DNA of 63,933 bases, the filler included, from Welwitschia mirabilis (Eukaryota), in assembly GCA_051453625.1 (NCBI GenBank). It is 5 parts of one record of this genome, joined end to end, with 100 filler letters (N's around TTAATTAATTAA, not from the genome) between each part and the next. Parts side by side here need not be neighbours in the genome. Positions count along the whole stretch, not along the records: positions 25,083 to 53,163 come from JBOZIK010000001.1; positions 53,264 to 62,667 come from JBOZIK010000001.1; 3 more parts are not named here. One strand, given 5' to 3'. The position numbers and the translations under genes are program-made. Below the pieces are notes generated by a model. The model made no database searches. It was given only the letters and a program-made list of their open reading frames with translations, and was not told the DNA's origin. Shown here piece after piece: positions 50,346-62,767 of the stretch (positions are counted from its first letter, which is position 1; every line of letters starts with the position of its first letter).

Positions 50346-51339
50346 TATTTTTCTTTGATTAAGTCTTATAAATTACTAAGATATCTTGAGATTATCTTGT
50401 GATTGTTGAATTACTTGTATTGTGATAAGTAAAAAATTTATGAAAAATAAACTAGCTAGGGTAACCAATTATTTGAACTTCAAAGGTTGATTCTCTTTGT
50501 TATGAGCCCAAAGGTAAGGGGACCAAATCTCTAGAGAGCAAAGGAAAAAAATTATCCCCTTTGGTGGTGTGTAAATGAATTACTCAAATTTAACTCTAAA
50601 GAGTAAAGGGAAAACAAATTATTCCCTCTCGTGATGTGTAACTAGATTACTTAAATTTTTTGTGGAATGATAGTAAAGAAGATAATATGAAATTGAGGTC
50701 TTGGTTACATCTTAAATTATTTTGGCATTAAATTCTTAGATTATTCATGGTCACATCTTGGATTACTTTGGAATTACATTCTTGGCTTATTATAACTGTA
50801 AATCTTATATTATTTTGGTAATACATCTTGGATACACTTGTAATTCCTTACCTTGTACTTGGAAATCTTATACCTTCCTATTCCTTACCATAAGCCATAT
50901 TGGAAACTATGATCATCACAATTCTCATACCATATTTGCATGTGCAGGAAACACTATAAAGGATGAGTGAAAATGAGCTAATGATTGCAATTTAACTAGG
51001 TGTAATCTATATATTATCCTATCTGTTGTATGATTAATTGAAGGATCATGAGTGTCCTTAAGACTTGTGCAAATATATTGAAAGCCTTTTTTGTTGTAAT
51101 ATCTAAGCTTGTGTTTGACAATAAAAGATGTTTACAAGTTACATATATAGTGTGTTAAATTATTTTATAAAAAGATTATAAATTATTTATTAAAGAATAT
51201 AATTATAAATATGTCTTATTATATCAAAAGTAGAGATTTATGACAAAAGCTATGAGATGCTAAGTTGAATAACATTTCGAGTAAACATAGTTTGTTTATG
51301 CATTTTGGAAAATCATTCTTAAGTTGTGGTCATTAGAAA

Positions 51340-51550
51340 TTAAAGATTTTATGTTGTAGATTTTTTTACATTACATTTTGATATCAGAGCATTACAATTA
51401 AATCTTTTGGCTATAGATTTTTAAATGTTACATTTTGGTATAAGAACATTAAGTTTGAAGTTTTTGGCTATAGATTTACGGACCTTACATTTTATAATTA
51501 TAGTGTTAAGTTTTAAGTTTTTGGCTATAAATTTATGAATGTTACATATC
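51340..51550 (+). repeat. 57-bp tandem array of LTR-end + tRNA-iMet PBS-like units
   Basis: TTACA at 51371, 51428, 51485 and 51542 (57-bp period), followed by TTTTGATATCAGAGC / TTTTGGTATAAGAAC; TTTTGGCTATAGATTT repeats at the same period. Confidence 0.8.
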
Positions 51551-52249
51551 ATTAGAAAATCTTAATTCTTGAAATCTAAGGCTATTGTTCTACATATAAT
51601 AATTTATTTAATGTACCATTTAGAAAATAAAATTTTACATTCATTTGGTAAATTTTAAAAGTGTAAAAATAATTGAGGATAATAGAAATTTATATGAACT
51701 CTATTCTAGATACAAAAGCAAAGTTTTCATTAAAATTTAAACTTTCATTTAGATATATCCTTGAGATCTTAAGATTCATCTATTTCTAACTACTTTAAAG
51801 TTTTCAATTATTTTGTTCTTAAAAACTCATTTTATTTTAATAATATTGTATTTCGTAGGTTTAGAGACATGTTTTCAAACTTCATTCTTCTTGAATTAGT
51901 TTAATTCATCTTGAATGACATTCATTCAACTCTCATCATTGCCAGCTTCATAAAAGTTCCTTGGTTCTAAAGTTAAAGCAAAATAAACACTTGCATATAC
52001 TACATGTTTGATCTTTATTTAAGTAAAGCCTTAATCTATAATAAAGGAAATACAAAATTCTTTAGAAAAAATAATATCATTTGATTATAATTGAGAGACT
52101 AAGGATATTAATTTCTTAGGTGAGGAAGGAGAACTAAAGGATGAAAAAGTAGAAGGTTGTGTGGTAGATCTTATTATTTTTTAGAGTAGATCTTCTTTTT
52201 CATCTTTATCACTAATGCTTTTTTTCCTTTTATTTCTTTAATATTAATT

Positions 52250-52780
52250 TTTGGATGCAGATGATCTACCACATTTATAGAGTAAGAGTTGAAAGTGTAA
52301 TAGGTTTTATTACTCTATGAACACCTAAGAATATTTCTTCTAGTAATTTTGAATCAAACTTCTTAATATTTTCCATATTCTTTACAATATATTATTAATA
52401 TCATAAATTACGAGACATTAGGGTCTTTCCTTTATATGAATCATAGGATGTTTTAATCATTCTTAGTCTAGGGAATGCTCATGTGAAAACATAACATGTA
52501 GTGTTAATTGTTTTATCCTAAAACCCTTTATTTATATCTTTTTCTTATAAAATTATATTGATCACCTATTAAAGTACATTATTTTTTATTTATATGATAC
52601 CATTTCATTTAGGTATTATAGGAGTTAAAAATCATATATTATCACCTTTTCTTAACATCATAACTCAAAATTTTCATTCTTAAATTGATGAATTAAAATT
52701 TTTCATGTACTTACTCTATTAATCTATATAATGATATGATAAGTTAATAATATATTTTACAAATTAAACATGATTAAATT
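52250..52780 (-). mobile_element. Highly decayed Ty1/Copia integrase remnant
   Basis: Reverse-strand traces of TP..NG, FW..A.NT and K.D motifs, paralleling 53600-53950. Confidence 0.45.
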
Positions 52781-52852
52781 ATTATATTATTTTACTTTAT
52801 TATTATCTATGATTACTATGCTACAAATAGAAAAATGACATTATAATATTAC

Positions 52853-53163
52853 TGTTGCGGTGAGTATTTGTGCAATGTTCCATGTTTCAATTTCAATCTT
52901 GTTAATTATAATAAGATGCAAAATACAACACGCTAGTATAGACGGAGTAATCTGAATGTCATAATTCCGTCAAAAGCCAATGGTATGGATAATAAAGAGT
53001 TGATTTCATAAAAAAATATGTAACCCTAATATATTAAATTAAATTGCAATGCATGAAATAGAATAATGATGCAAGACTAATCTATGAAAATAAATAGCGA
53101 TGCACCTAATCTAATTAAGCTCAACCTTAAAGAAGGCTGTCCTCATAATCTATATAATTAAAG
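52853..53163 (-). mobile_element. 3' end of an Athila-like family LTR
   Basis: Colinear, highly similar match to 6545-6856, starting TGTTGCG. Confidence 0.85.
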
Positions 53164-53263
53164 NNNNNNNNNNNNNNNNNNNNNNNNNNNNNNNNNNNNN
53201 NNNNNNNTTAATTAATTAANNNNNNNNNNNNNNNNNNNNNNNNNNNNNNNNNNNNNNNNNNNN

Positions 53264-56130
53264 TCATGAGTTTCTACTTATTCAAAGTTCTTGGGTTCTA
53301 TCTTTGAAACATAACAAACATAAGCACATAAACTTTTCATAGAATGTCTTATCTTTATTTTTGAGTTAACTTCCCCAATGATGGATTCTATCAGATGATA
53401 TTTAAGAAGTTTAGACTTTTTCAGAGTGCCTTCTTTTGCCTGAATTTCATTTGTTTTGGTAACATCTTCATTTAATGTGGGAATACTTGTGGTTATGGTT
53501 TCTTTTTCATCTGTGTAGTTTGTTTTTGTATCAAACTCATCAATTTGCACATTTATTGATTCTTTTGCTATTAAACTTCTTTTGTTGACAACACGATAGG
53601 CCCTACTTCATGTTGAGTATCCTAAAAATATAGCTTTATTAGCTTTTAATTCAAACTTGCTTAAGTGTTCTCTATATTTTAGGACATAGCATTTACTTCC
53701 AAAGACTTTAAAGTATGACACATTTGGTTATCTTTCATTTCAAATCTCATAAGGAGTTTTTCCTGTACCAGGTTTAAGATGAACTCTGTTAATAATATAA
53801 CATGTTGTGCTTACTGCCTCAGCCCAAATAAATTTATGAACTTCCTTATTATTCAACATAGTTCAAGCCATTTCTTAAAGAACTCTATTTTTTCTTCCCA
53901 CTACTCCGATTTGTTGTGGTGTTTTTGGAACTAAAAAGTGATGATCAATATTGTTTTCAATGCAATATTTTTAAAGAAATGGTTTTCAAATTCACCACCA
54001 TGATTACTTCTTATTTTTTTTAATGGTACAACCTTTTTCATTTTGAATCTTATTGCAAATTTCAATCCAATTCTTGTAAGCTTTATATTTGTTGACAAAA
54101 AGGCTATCTAAGTATATCTAGAGTAATAATCAATCATTGTAAGAAAATAACATTTTTCATTAAGACTTTTGGTTTGAACAGATCCAACTAGATCCATATG
54201 AATAAGTTCTAATGGCATAGATGTTGAGGCTTGTGTTTTACTTTTATAAGAAGTTCTAATTTATTTCCCTTTTTAACAAGCATCAAACAACCCTTATTTT
54301 TATATGTTTATCTTAGGGATTCTTTTAATGATATTCTTACAAATAATCATTTTCAATTGATCCTAATTAACATGACCTAAATGTTTATGTCACAACTCAT
54401 CTTGAGGAACATTCAAAAAATAACAAGGAGAAAATGTTTGATCTATGCTATAAAAATTATCTCTTTTACTAGCTCTAAGGATCACATCATTTAACTTTCC
54501 ATGTACAATTTTACATTTTGATTTATCAAAAAATACTTTGTAACCTTTGTCACAAATTTAACTAATGCTCAATAAATTATGCTTTAAACCACTTACATAT
54601 AAAACTTCATTAATTCTAGGAAGGTTACCTCCACCAACGCTTCCAATGCCTTCTATTTTTGCTCTTCCGTTATCTCCAAAAGTTACTTCTTCTCCATCAA
54701 AGAAGCTTAGATATTTGAATCTAGATTTTTCTCCTGTTATGTACCTTGAACATCCACTGTCAAGATACTAGATTGTGCTATTTGAGACTTTGAAAGCTGT
54801 CTGAATAAACAAACTTTTAAGATCATTAGCTTTTATCCACATAGTCCCTTTAGACTTATGTGATACATCCTTTTTAGGAATAAACTTAAATGAAAAGGAA
54901 CTANNNNNNNNNNNNNNNNNNNNNNNNNNNNNNNNNNNNNNNNNNNNNNNNNNNNNNNNNNNNNNNNNNNNNNNNNNNNNNNNNNNNNNNNNNNNNNNNN
55001 NNNATTTATCAAAAAATACTTTGTGACCTTTGTCACAAATTTAACTAATGCTCAATAAATTATGCTTTAAACCACTTACATATAAAACTTCATTAATTCT
55101 GGGAAGGTTACTTCCACTAAAGCTTCCAATGCCTTCTATTTTTACTCTTTTCTTGTCTTTGAAGATCACTTCTTCTCCATCAAAGTAGCTTAGATGTTTG
55201 AATTTGGATTTGTCTCTTTTCATATACCTTGAACATCCACTATCAAGATACCATCTTATGCTATTTGAAACTTTGAAAGCTATCTGAATTAATAAAATTT
55301 TAAGATCATTAGCTTTTACCCAGATAATTCTTTTAGACTTATGTAGCAGATTCATTTTATGAATAAACTTAAATGGAAAAGAGCTAACTAAATTTAAAAA
55401 TAACATTAACTTTCTAGCATTACATATAAGTTTTGAATGGCCTATTTTGTCATAGAAATGATAAGTAGTCTTTGAAGGAAAATTACCTTTATTGGTTACC
55501 TGATTTTGCTGTGCTTGAGGTCTTTGAGGGATGGACCCAATACCTAATTTACTTCCAACTAGTTTCTCAACTCTCAAGCATTTATTTTAATTTGGTAGAT
55601 TCATCTGAAAATTTAGTAACAAAATAAGATAATTCTTTTACCTGCAAAGTGAGGTTAGCATTTTTGGATTTGATTGTTTTGAAACTTAATTCCATTTTCT
55701 TTTTTCCTTGATAAGAGATTTTATAATCTTATTCAAGTCATTTATCCTTCTAGCCATCTTTTCACACTCCTGATACAACTCTTGACAAGTATCTTCCAAA
55801 TCTTCTTGATCTTCATCTCTCATTTCATCATCAACATCGACTAAAGTATTTGGTTTTACAATGGAGGAAAAAAATCCATAAAAGAGATTCCCCTTTCTTT
55901 GTTATGTTCTGGTGCATTTTTTGTATCTCTTTTACTTGATTCCTGAGAGTTTTCACTAGCTAAAATATATTTGAAAATATAATCATATACTATCAAGAAA
56001 AAATAGATAAAGACACAAGTATTTAGGGAGTGCATACTTAAAAATTCATCAAGAAGAGTAGCCATTAAATGGTTCTAATTCTATATTAGTTAATATCTAA
56101 GAAAATAACTTAACCTCACTCTAATACTAA
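53264..56130 (-). mobile_element. Sirevirus-like Ty1/Copia gag-PR-INT (RT lost at gap)
   Basis: WYLDSGCSRYM protease; GLKHNLLSIS; IHMDLVG, HGGEFEN, TPQQ.GV, WAEAVSTTCY, KTPYE, FKVFGSKCY integrase; IEPKN just before RT; decayed PBS (rc of TGGTATCAGAG) at ~56118-56129. Confidence 0.9.
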
Positions 56131-56131
56131 A

Positions 56132-57913
56132 TGATATGATTGAAAACCCTGGGGAGAAGGGGGCTGAATAGGTTCTTTCAAAAACTTAAGTACAAACCTA
56201 AAAATGAATCTATCTAAAACATTACTTGCATATGAAAATAACCAATTCAAGAATTTTCATAAAATAATAAAATTATAAAAGTAAAGAATAAAAAAATGAA
56301 ATGCACAAACTAATAATCTCAATACATGATAGATTTATAGTGGTTCGAGAACTCCCTTACTCCATTCTCAATGATTAGCTTCTTCCAAACTAGATCTCAG
56401 ATATCTGTTACTTCACAGGTATTCCAGGTTTACCTATAACCTTTACAAATATACTTTTATAGGATAACTCTCAACCTTCATAACAGACTTTTCAAGGCTA
56501 AGTTTCAACCTATATCACAGACTTTTTAAGGCTAAGTCTCAACCTTTAGAAATAATGGAAGTGATGTAGTAATGCCTTAGTTTCACAAATATCACATGTT
56601 ATGAAGTAGTATAATAAATGGAGGTCTTCTTCAATAGATCACATAATGAAGCTCCTATATCTGACTCTGAATGAAGTGCTTGTATCAATGATGAAACTCC
56701 TCAAATCAGATGTGAAGTAGTCAATATACACCAATGAGAAATCATAGCTTGATCTTTCAGGTCCAAAATAATTTAGTCAAATAAGAGTAGTGNNNNNNNN
56801 NNNNNNNNNNNNNNNNNNNNNNNNNNNNNNNNNNNNNNNNNNNNNNNNNNNNNNNNNNNNNNNNNNNNNNNNNNNNNNNNNNNNNNNNNNNNNNNNNNNN
56901 NNNNNNNNNNNNNNNNNNNNNNNNNNNNNNNNNNNNNNNNNNNNNNNNNNNNNNNNNNNNNNNNNNNNNNNNNNNNNNNNNNNNNNNNNNNNNNNNNNNN
57001 NNNNNNNNNNNNNNNNNNNNNNNNNNNNNNNNNNNNNNNNNNNNNNNNNNNNNNNNNNNNNNNNNNNNNNNNNNNNNNNNNNNNNNNNNNNNNNNNNNNN
57101 NNNNNNNNNNNNNNNNNNNNNNNNNNNNNNNNNNNNNNNNNNNNNNNNNNNNNNNNNNNNNNNNNNNNNNNNNNNNNNNNNNNNNNNNNNNNNNNNNNNN
57201 NNNNNNNNNNCAATATACACCAATGAGAAATCATAGCTTGATCTTTCAGGTCCAAAATAATTTAGTCAAATAAGAGTAGTGCCAAAAAAGATTTATCAGT
57301 ATTCTATTACCTAGCTATTTATAATGGAAGGCTATTAAGGTTTATTACATTTGAATTGTGCCTCAAATGACTATAAAAAACTAGAAAATAACTAGTTAAT
57401 GGCTATAAAATGGATACATAATGTTTATAAATTTTTTTTTCATGCTATCTAGTCAATCCCATAAGAATCTGGTCGACCCCATGTGGTGATGTGAATTACG
57501 TAGGTCACCTAAGAGAAGACTTTGGTTGTTCTAGGTTTTTATGTCTCCAAATCTAGTTGATCCCATTCGAGTCCATTTGACCCTAGTTTGATCGAATCCA
57601 TCTGGGGTCTAGTCAATCCCTTGTCTCTCGATCTAGAACTATTATCTGTCAGGTTCTTAAACCTAATTGACCCCATGAAAATCCAGTTAACCCCTCTAGG
57701 TTCAGTTCAGTTTCTCTTGACAGCTTTAGATGCGCTTGATCCCTTTAGAATCCGGTTGATCCCTTTGGAGGGTGAATTAACTACTTAGGTTTCTGGTGCT
57801 AATTTTGTTCCATCTTTCAACTTGTAAAAACCCAAAATATTCTACATAAAAGATATAACATTTTCTATATAACAAATATTAGTTTGACATCAATTGATAA
57901 ATATAATCCAACA
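56132..57913 (-). mobile_element. 5' LTR of the Sirevirus-like element
   Basis: GAGAAGGGGGCTGAATAG (Sirevirus LTR 3' signature, reversed) at 56154-56171; ~33-bp tandem units at 56410-56545; repeated CYRGTYRAYCCC motifs at 57448-57765; ends CCAACA at 57913. Confidence 0.75.
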
Positions 57914-60900
57914 CTACCATCCTATTTATTATGAGGTTGATAATGGAGAAGATAGTCCTTCTTATTTTTTCAACTTAAGAGACATTAGCCTTTAGTATTA
58001 TTGATCCTCCTTTAAAGCATTAAGCATTAGAATATGCCTAAAACACCTCTGGACATGCCAAGAATTACATGTTTCTATGATCATTTATCAACTCTTCATA
58101 AATCTTAGAATTACATCTAAATCTATATAAATGTCCTACAAAATAGCTCATAACACATCATCAAATACATATAATTTGGTGGTTCATCATAGCCTTCAAC
58201 TTAGTCTTACNNNNNNNNNNNNNNNNNNNNNNNNNNNNNNNNNNNNNNNNNNNNNNNNNNNNNNNNNNNNNNNNNNNNNNNNNNNNNNNNNNNNNNNNNN
58301 NNNNNNNNNNTAAATGTCCTACAAAATAGCTCATAACACCTCATCAAATACATATAATTTGGTGGTTCATCATAGCCTTCAACTTAGTCTTACCAGTCCC
58401 TAACAAAACCAGGTGAACAAGTATAATTGCATGAGAAATTATGTTTAAACAATCAATTTGTAAATTATAAAATAGGCTCATAATCAATCCCAAACATATC
58501 ACATAACAGAATAAATGTAGTGGGTTATGTGTATGGAGTGGATTACACAAATTATTTTTTATGAAAGCTCTGGTATAAAAATTATAGAAATGATTCTAAA
58601 AATAAGTCCTACCCTTTCTCAAGAGAACAATACATCCCATATTTACTAATGAAGCAAAGAAATTAGATGAAAATCAATATGTTTAAATAAGAAGGTGGAT
58701 GATGGGTCTTTTTTTTTTTTTTGAAATTTTGCAAGTTGATAAAGTAAATATAGAGCTTAGTATAGAAATGTAAAATTTAAAAAATAGAAATTTAGAAAAG
58801 ATTTTAAAAAATATGAAAATGTATTAATTGTGATGAAGTAGATTCACAAGTGCTTAACAAATGTGCCTTAACAAAAATGATTATGAATAGTGTTTAGAAC
58901 TCTAAAAGACTAAAAATGAATATTACAAAATTTGCAAAGAAACTCATCTAATCAAGAAATCAACTTTTATTGAAAATTATACAAGAAAACTATTAAATTT
59001 TAAGGTTCTAAAATGATAATAAAACATGAAAATGTCCTTGAAATAACTAATTAAACAACAAAATAAAATAGAAAGAATGAACATAAGGAACATAAAGAAG
59101 ATAGCTATCTACCCTAAATTTTAACATAGTAGACTCCTGTGGAAGAAATCATAACATCACTTGATTTAAAATGCATGAATAAATGTATAATTTTGTAAAT
59201 TTTCATTTAATAAGGTAGTGGTTATGATGATTCCAAAAATCAAATGCTTTAAACAATAACTGATAAGATCAAAGAATTGCACAAAAATAAACTTAGCTGC
59301 TTACATCTTAAAATAAACATCTGAATCCTTAAAAATGAAATGATCATGTAAAAATACTAAGAGTTTAAAAAATAAGTAATCTCTCTAATGATAATAGAAA
59401 TAACACTAATCTTGTAGCTTCAAAGTCTTTACTATTGTATTATCCATGATGAGAGGAGTGCAACCATAGTCAGAGTAGTAAAAAGCCATAAAGCATGGCC
59501 AATTAGCCTCCCAATGGAATCCCCATAGCTATCATATTACACTACCAAAGGCTTCTCTTAAGAAAATTTACCCTAGTGTACTTGTAGTATGACATCACGA
59601 TGACCATTTTTAAAAGCTATCTCAAATATGAAACATCATGGTCTTATTTCTCTTTCATTCTTTCTTTTTTCTTTCTTTTTCCTTTTTGAATAAAACAAAC
59701 ATTTCACATGATCAAACACTTCAAAAGATAAAGGTGAATAGTTAAAAGATAGAAAAGAACACCCTTAAATAATTTAGGACCTTTCATAATTGAGAAAAAT
59801 ATAAGAAATAAAGCATTTTCCTTCAAAACGAAGTTCATAGACATGTGCATGTCTTATAATTAGGTGAATCCAATCTTGCCACTATAAAATGCCTAAGGAC
59901 TAGTCATGGAAATAAAATAAATATATATGTCATGTCTAAAATATAATCAAGTAACATCATAATGGCCTCTAAAGAAATAAGTTAAGAAAAAATTCAGATA
60001 ATAATAGGGAAGAATTTTTTTTCTCATTGAGGGGAATCTTTAAGGTTAGTGCTTCTATCATGTATATATCAGAAAATTGCTCATATATTTTTAATCTTTG
60101 TTTATTAACTTTTTGAATTTCTTTAGTATAAAAACCAAAAATATTAATAAAATTATTTGAATGTAATTTATAAATAAGATAGGAATCTAACCATTTCGAG
60201 GTTAACTTGTTATGTATAAGATGTACTCTAGTGTTGTATAATAGAACTATTGACTAGGTTCAAAGTTCTTATGGATTAACTTTTTATCATGTTTGAATTT
60301 ATTTTGGGCTTTTAAATACATTGATGATGAATAACTTAAGTTCATTTTTAATCTGAATGATCTAATTGAGCTAAATAAGCTTTAAGATTCACTTTTAAAT
60401 TCACAAGATTAAGTTGATGTATAGAACGATAAGAATTGTAACAAACATCCATAGGTAAAACATAGACTTTACTGTATATGAGTTCATAAAGTAAAAAACT
60501 AAGTGAATTATGCCAAGTTATATAGTAAGACCAAAGAATGTAATTTAGTTTAAATTTCCATGATATTTAATTAGTAGAGACAAGTTTTTAAATCATTTTT
60601 TAATTTCTCTATTAGCATTTTCAGCTTGTCCATTAGTCTCAGGATGCTAAGAATAAGCTAGTTAGTGTTTTATTCTAATGGATAAAATAAGTTTTATAAA
60701 AATATAATTGATGAAATAAGTTTCTTGATCATTAATAGTTAAGAAAATCCAAACCATTGAAAAATTGAGTTCTAAAAAAGCTACAAATGGTTTGAGCATC
60801 AATTGAGAAAGTAGAAACTACTTTAACTCATTTAGTCACATAATCAACAATCACAAAAATGTAATTTTTATCTTTTGAAGGTGGTAATTAGGCCTCTGAA

Positions 60901-61390
60901 ATTAATTCCTTAATAATCAAAAATTTCACATCAAGAATATGTTCAAGAGGAATTTGTTATCATCATAAAAGACTACTAAAATGTTGAAATGCATTGCACC
61001 TTCTGGCATAATTAAAAGAGTCTTGAAAAAGACTAAGCTAATAAAATCCATAGTGAAGAACTTTCATGACTGGTTTTTAACTACTAAAATGTCCATCACA
61101 AATACCACTATGATAAAGATGAAGGATATTAAATTTTTCCCATTTTGGTACACATTTTCTCATAATTTTATCCCTACACCTACAATAAAGATGGGCCACT
61201 ATACACTTGTAGTCACTTATCTTATTGAGAAAACATTTTCTTTGATTGTGATTCCAATTTTGTGATGTTTTTAAAGTAACACGATAATTAACGATATCTA
61301 CATATGATGGAGGGGGATTAGTAGAAGATACAGCAAATAGTTGTTCATCTACTAAAGAATCATTGATAGAAAGATTATTATTTAGAAGAA
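57914..61390 (-). mobile_element. Athila-like element 3' half: integrase (~60130-61390), 3' UTR, PPT (~58373-58390) and start of 3' LTR (58372 leftward)
   Basis: rc IPLEHILDV..GINFRG..IVDYVTK..HPETNGQAENANREIK. 3' UTR 59430-59990 aligns with 28380-28910. rc GACTAAGTTGAAGGCTA|TGATGAACCACC parallels 29825-29860. Confidence 0.8.
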
Positions 61391-61574
61391 GAAAGGTTTG
61401 ATAAGTGATCCACTACATTGTTGTGTTTTCCTGCCTTATCTATGATGGTGAGATTAGATTATTACATTAAGAGGATTAATCTAACCAACCTAGCACTAGA
61501 ATCTTTCCTAGTCATCAATTATTTAATCACCACATGGTTTGTATAAATGTTTGTATGAAAGCCTAACAGATAAT

Positions 61575-62668
61575 TGTTGCAATGCCAATTTATGGGAATT
61601 TGATGGTGTATTTTGAGGACTTTTATATGACATTCATATAGGTTTTGGTGCAATACCGATGATTATGAGGATCTAATATGATGATCAGTAAAAAATGTGA
61701 TATTTAGCATTATTAGCAGTTTTTTAATCTTATTTTGGTATTGTAGGTTTGGAGAAAATACTTTATAGTACAAAGACTAAGAAAAGAGCAAAATAAGTGT
61801 GTCATCCTTTTCGTCATCCCCACGACATCTAGGATGACCATACTAGTAATGTGGTCAAAAGTCTGCAGCACTGACAGCAGCACATGAGGTCCATGTTAAT
61901 CGAGCATCGATTGTATAGTCGTCCAGATAATAGATAGGATGATGGCATCAAAACTACACACAGACAATTCATGAGGCTAACGACAACACATGGTACATTA
62001 CCCAAGTCATTAAGGTGGGGTCGTCTCCCCCATCGTCTGGACGACATATGAGATGACAACTATTTTTATACTATAGAAATAAATTCTATTGTAAATGGGG
62101 TTAAACGACCCATGTGGGTCATTAGGATTTTTGTTTCTCGCCTTTAGGGTTTTCCAAATCCCTCTTTGGAAAATCTTTAAATACCCTTCTCCTCCTTCAT
62201 TTCCTTTTCCTTTTTGGTACCTGATACTTATGACGGAAGCTTGNNNNNNNNNNNNNNNNNNNNNNNNNNNNNNNNNNNNNNNNNNNNNNNNNNNNNNNNN
62301 NNNNNNNNNNNNNNNNNNNNNNNNNNNNNNNNNNNNNNNNNNNNNNNNNNNNNNNNNNNNNNNNNNNNNNNNNNNNNNNNNNNNNATTTAAGTTGATCTT
62401 AGCTAGTGATAAGCTTGGGTTTATTTGGATCTTAAGGATAACCATTATTAAGGTTAACCTTGTTTAGTAGAATAGATTTGTATTATTTATTTCTTTCTTT
62501 TCATATTGCATTTCAAGTCTTACTTGGATAGATATCATAGTTTATATTGATTAAAAACTAGTGAATACTCTTCTTCTTTGATATAAGTTATAGAGAAGTG
62601 GTCTTCGTGAAAGAAAGACTAAGATCTAAATAGGATCTATTTTCATTTCCATTCCTATTCCATTTCCN
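61575..62668 (+). mobile_element. LTR of the Athila-like family (gapped)
   Basis: Starts TGTTGCAATGCCAATTTATG; GTCRTCC/GGAYGAC motifs at 61800-62060; TATA-like CTTTAAATACCC at ~62175. Confidence 0.7.
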
Positions 62669-62767
62669 NNNNNNNNNNNNNNNNNNNNNNNNNNNNNNNN
62701 NNNNNNNNNNNTTAATTAATTAANNNNNNNNNNNNNNNNNNNNNNNNNNNNNNNNNNNNNNNNNNNN

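Noticed and set aside
51340..51550. CRISPR-like array
   Set aside because: Whole units are homologous with no unique spacers; eukaryotic TE context; no cas genes.
4781..57255. Long poly-X ORFs in the ORF track
   Set aside because: They are open only because they run through N gaps.
7769..62723. Recurrent TTAATTAATTAA palindrome inside N runs (7769, 25027, 53208, 62712)
   Set aside because: Artificial scaffolding linker; not biological. Adjacency across these gaps is uncertain.
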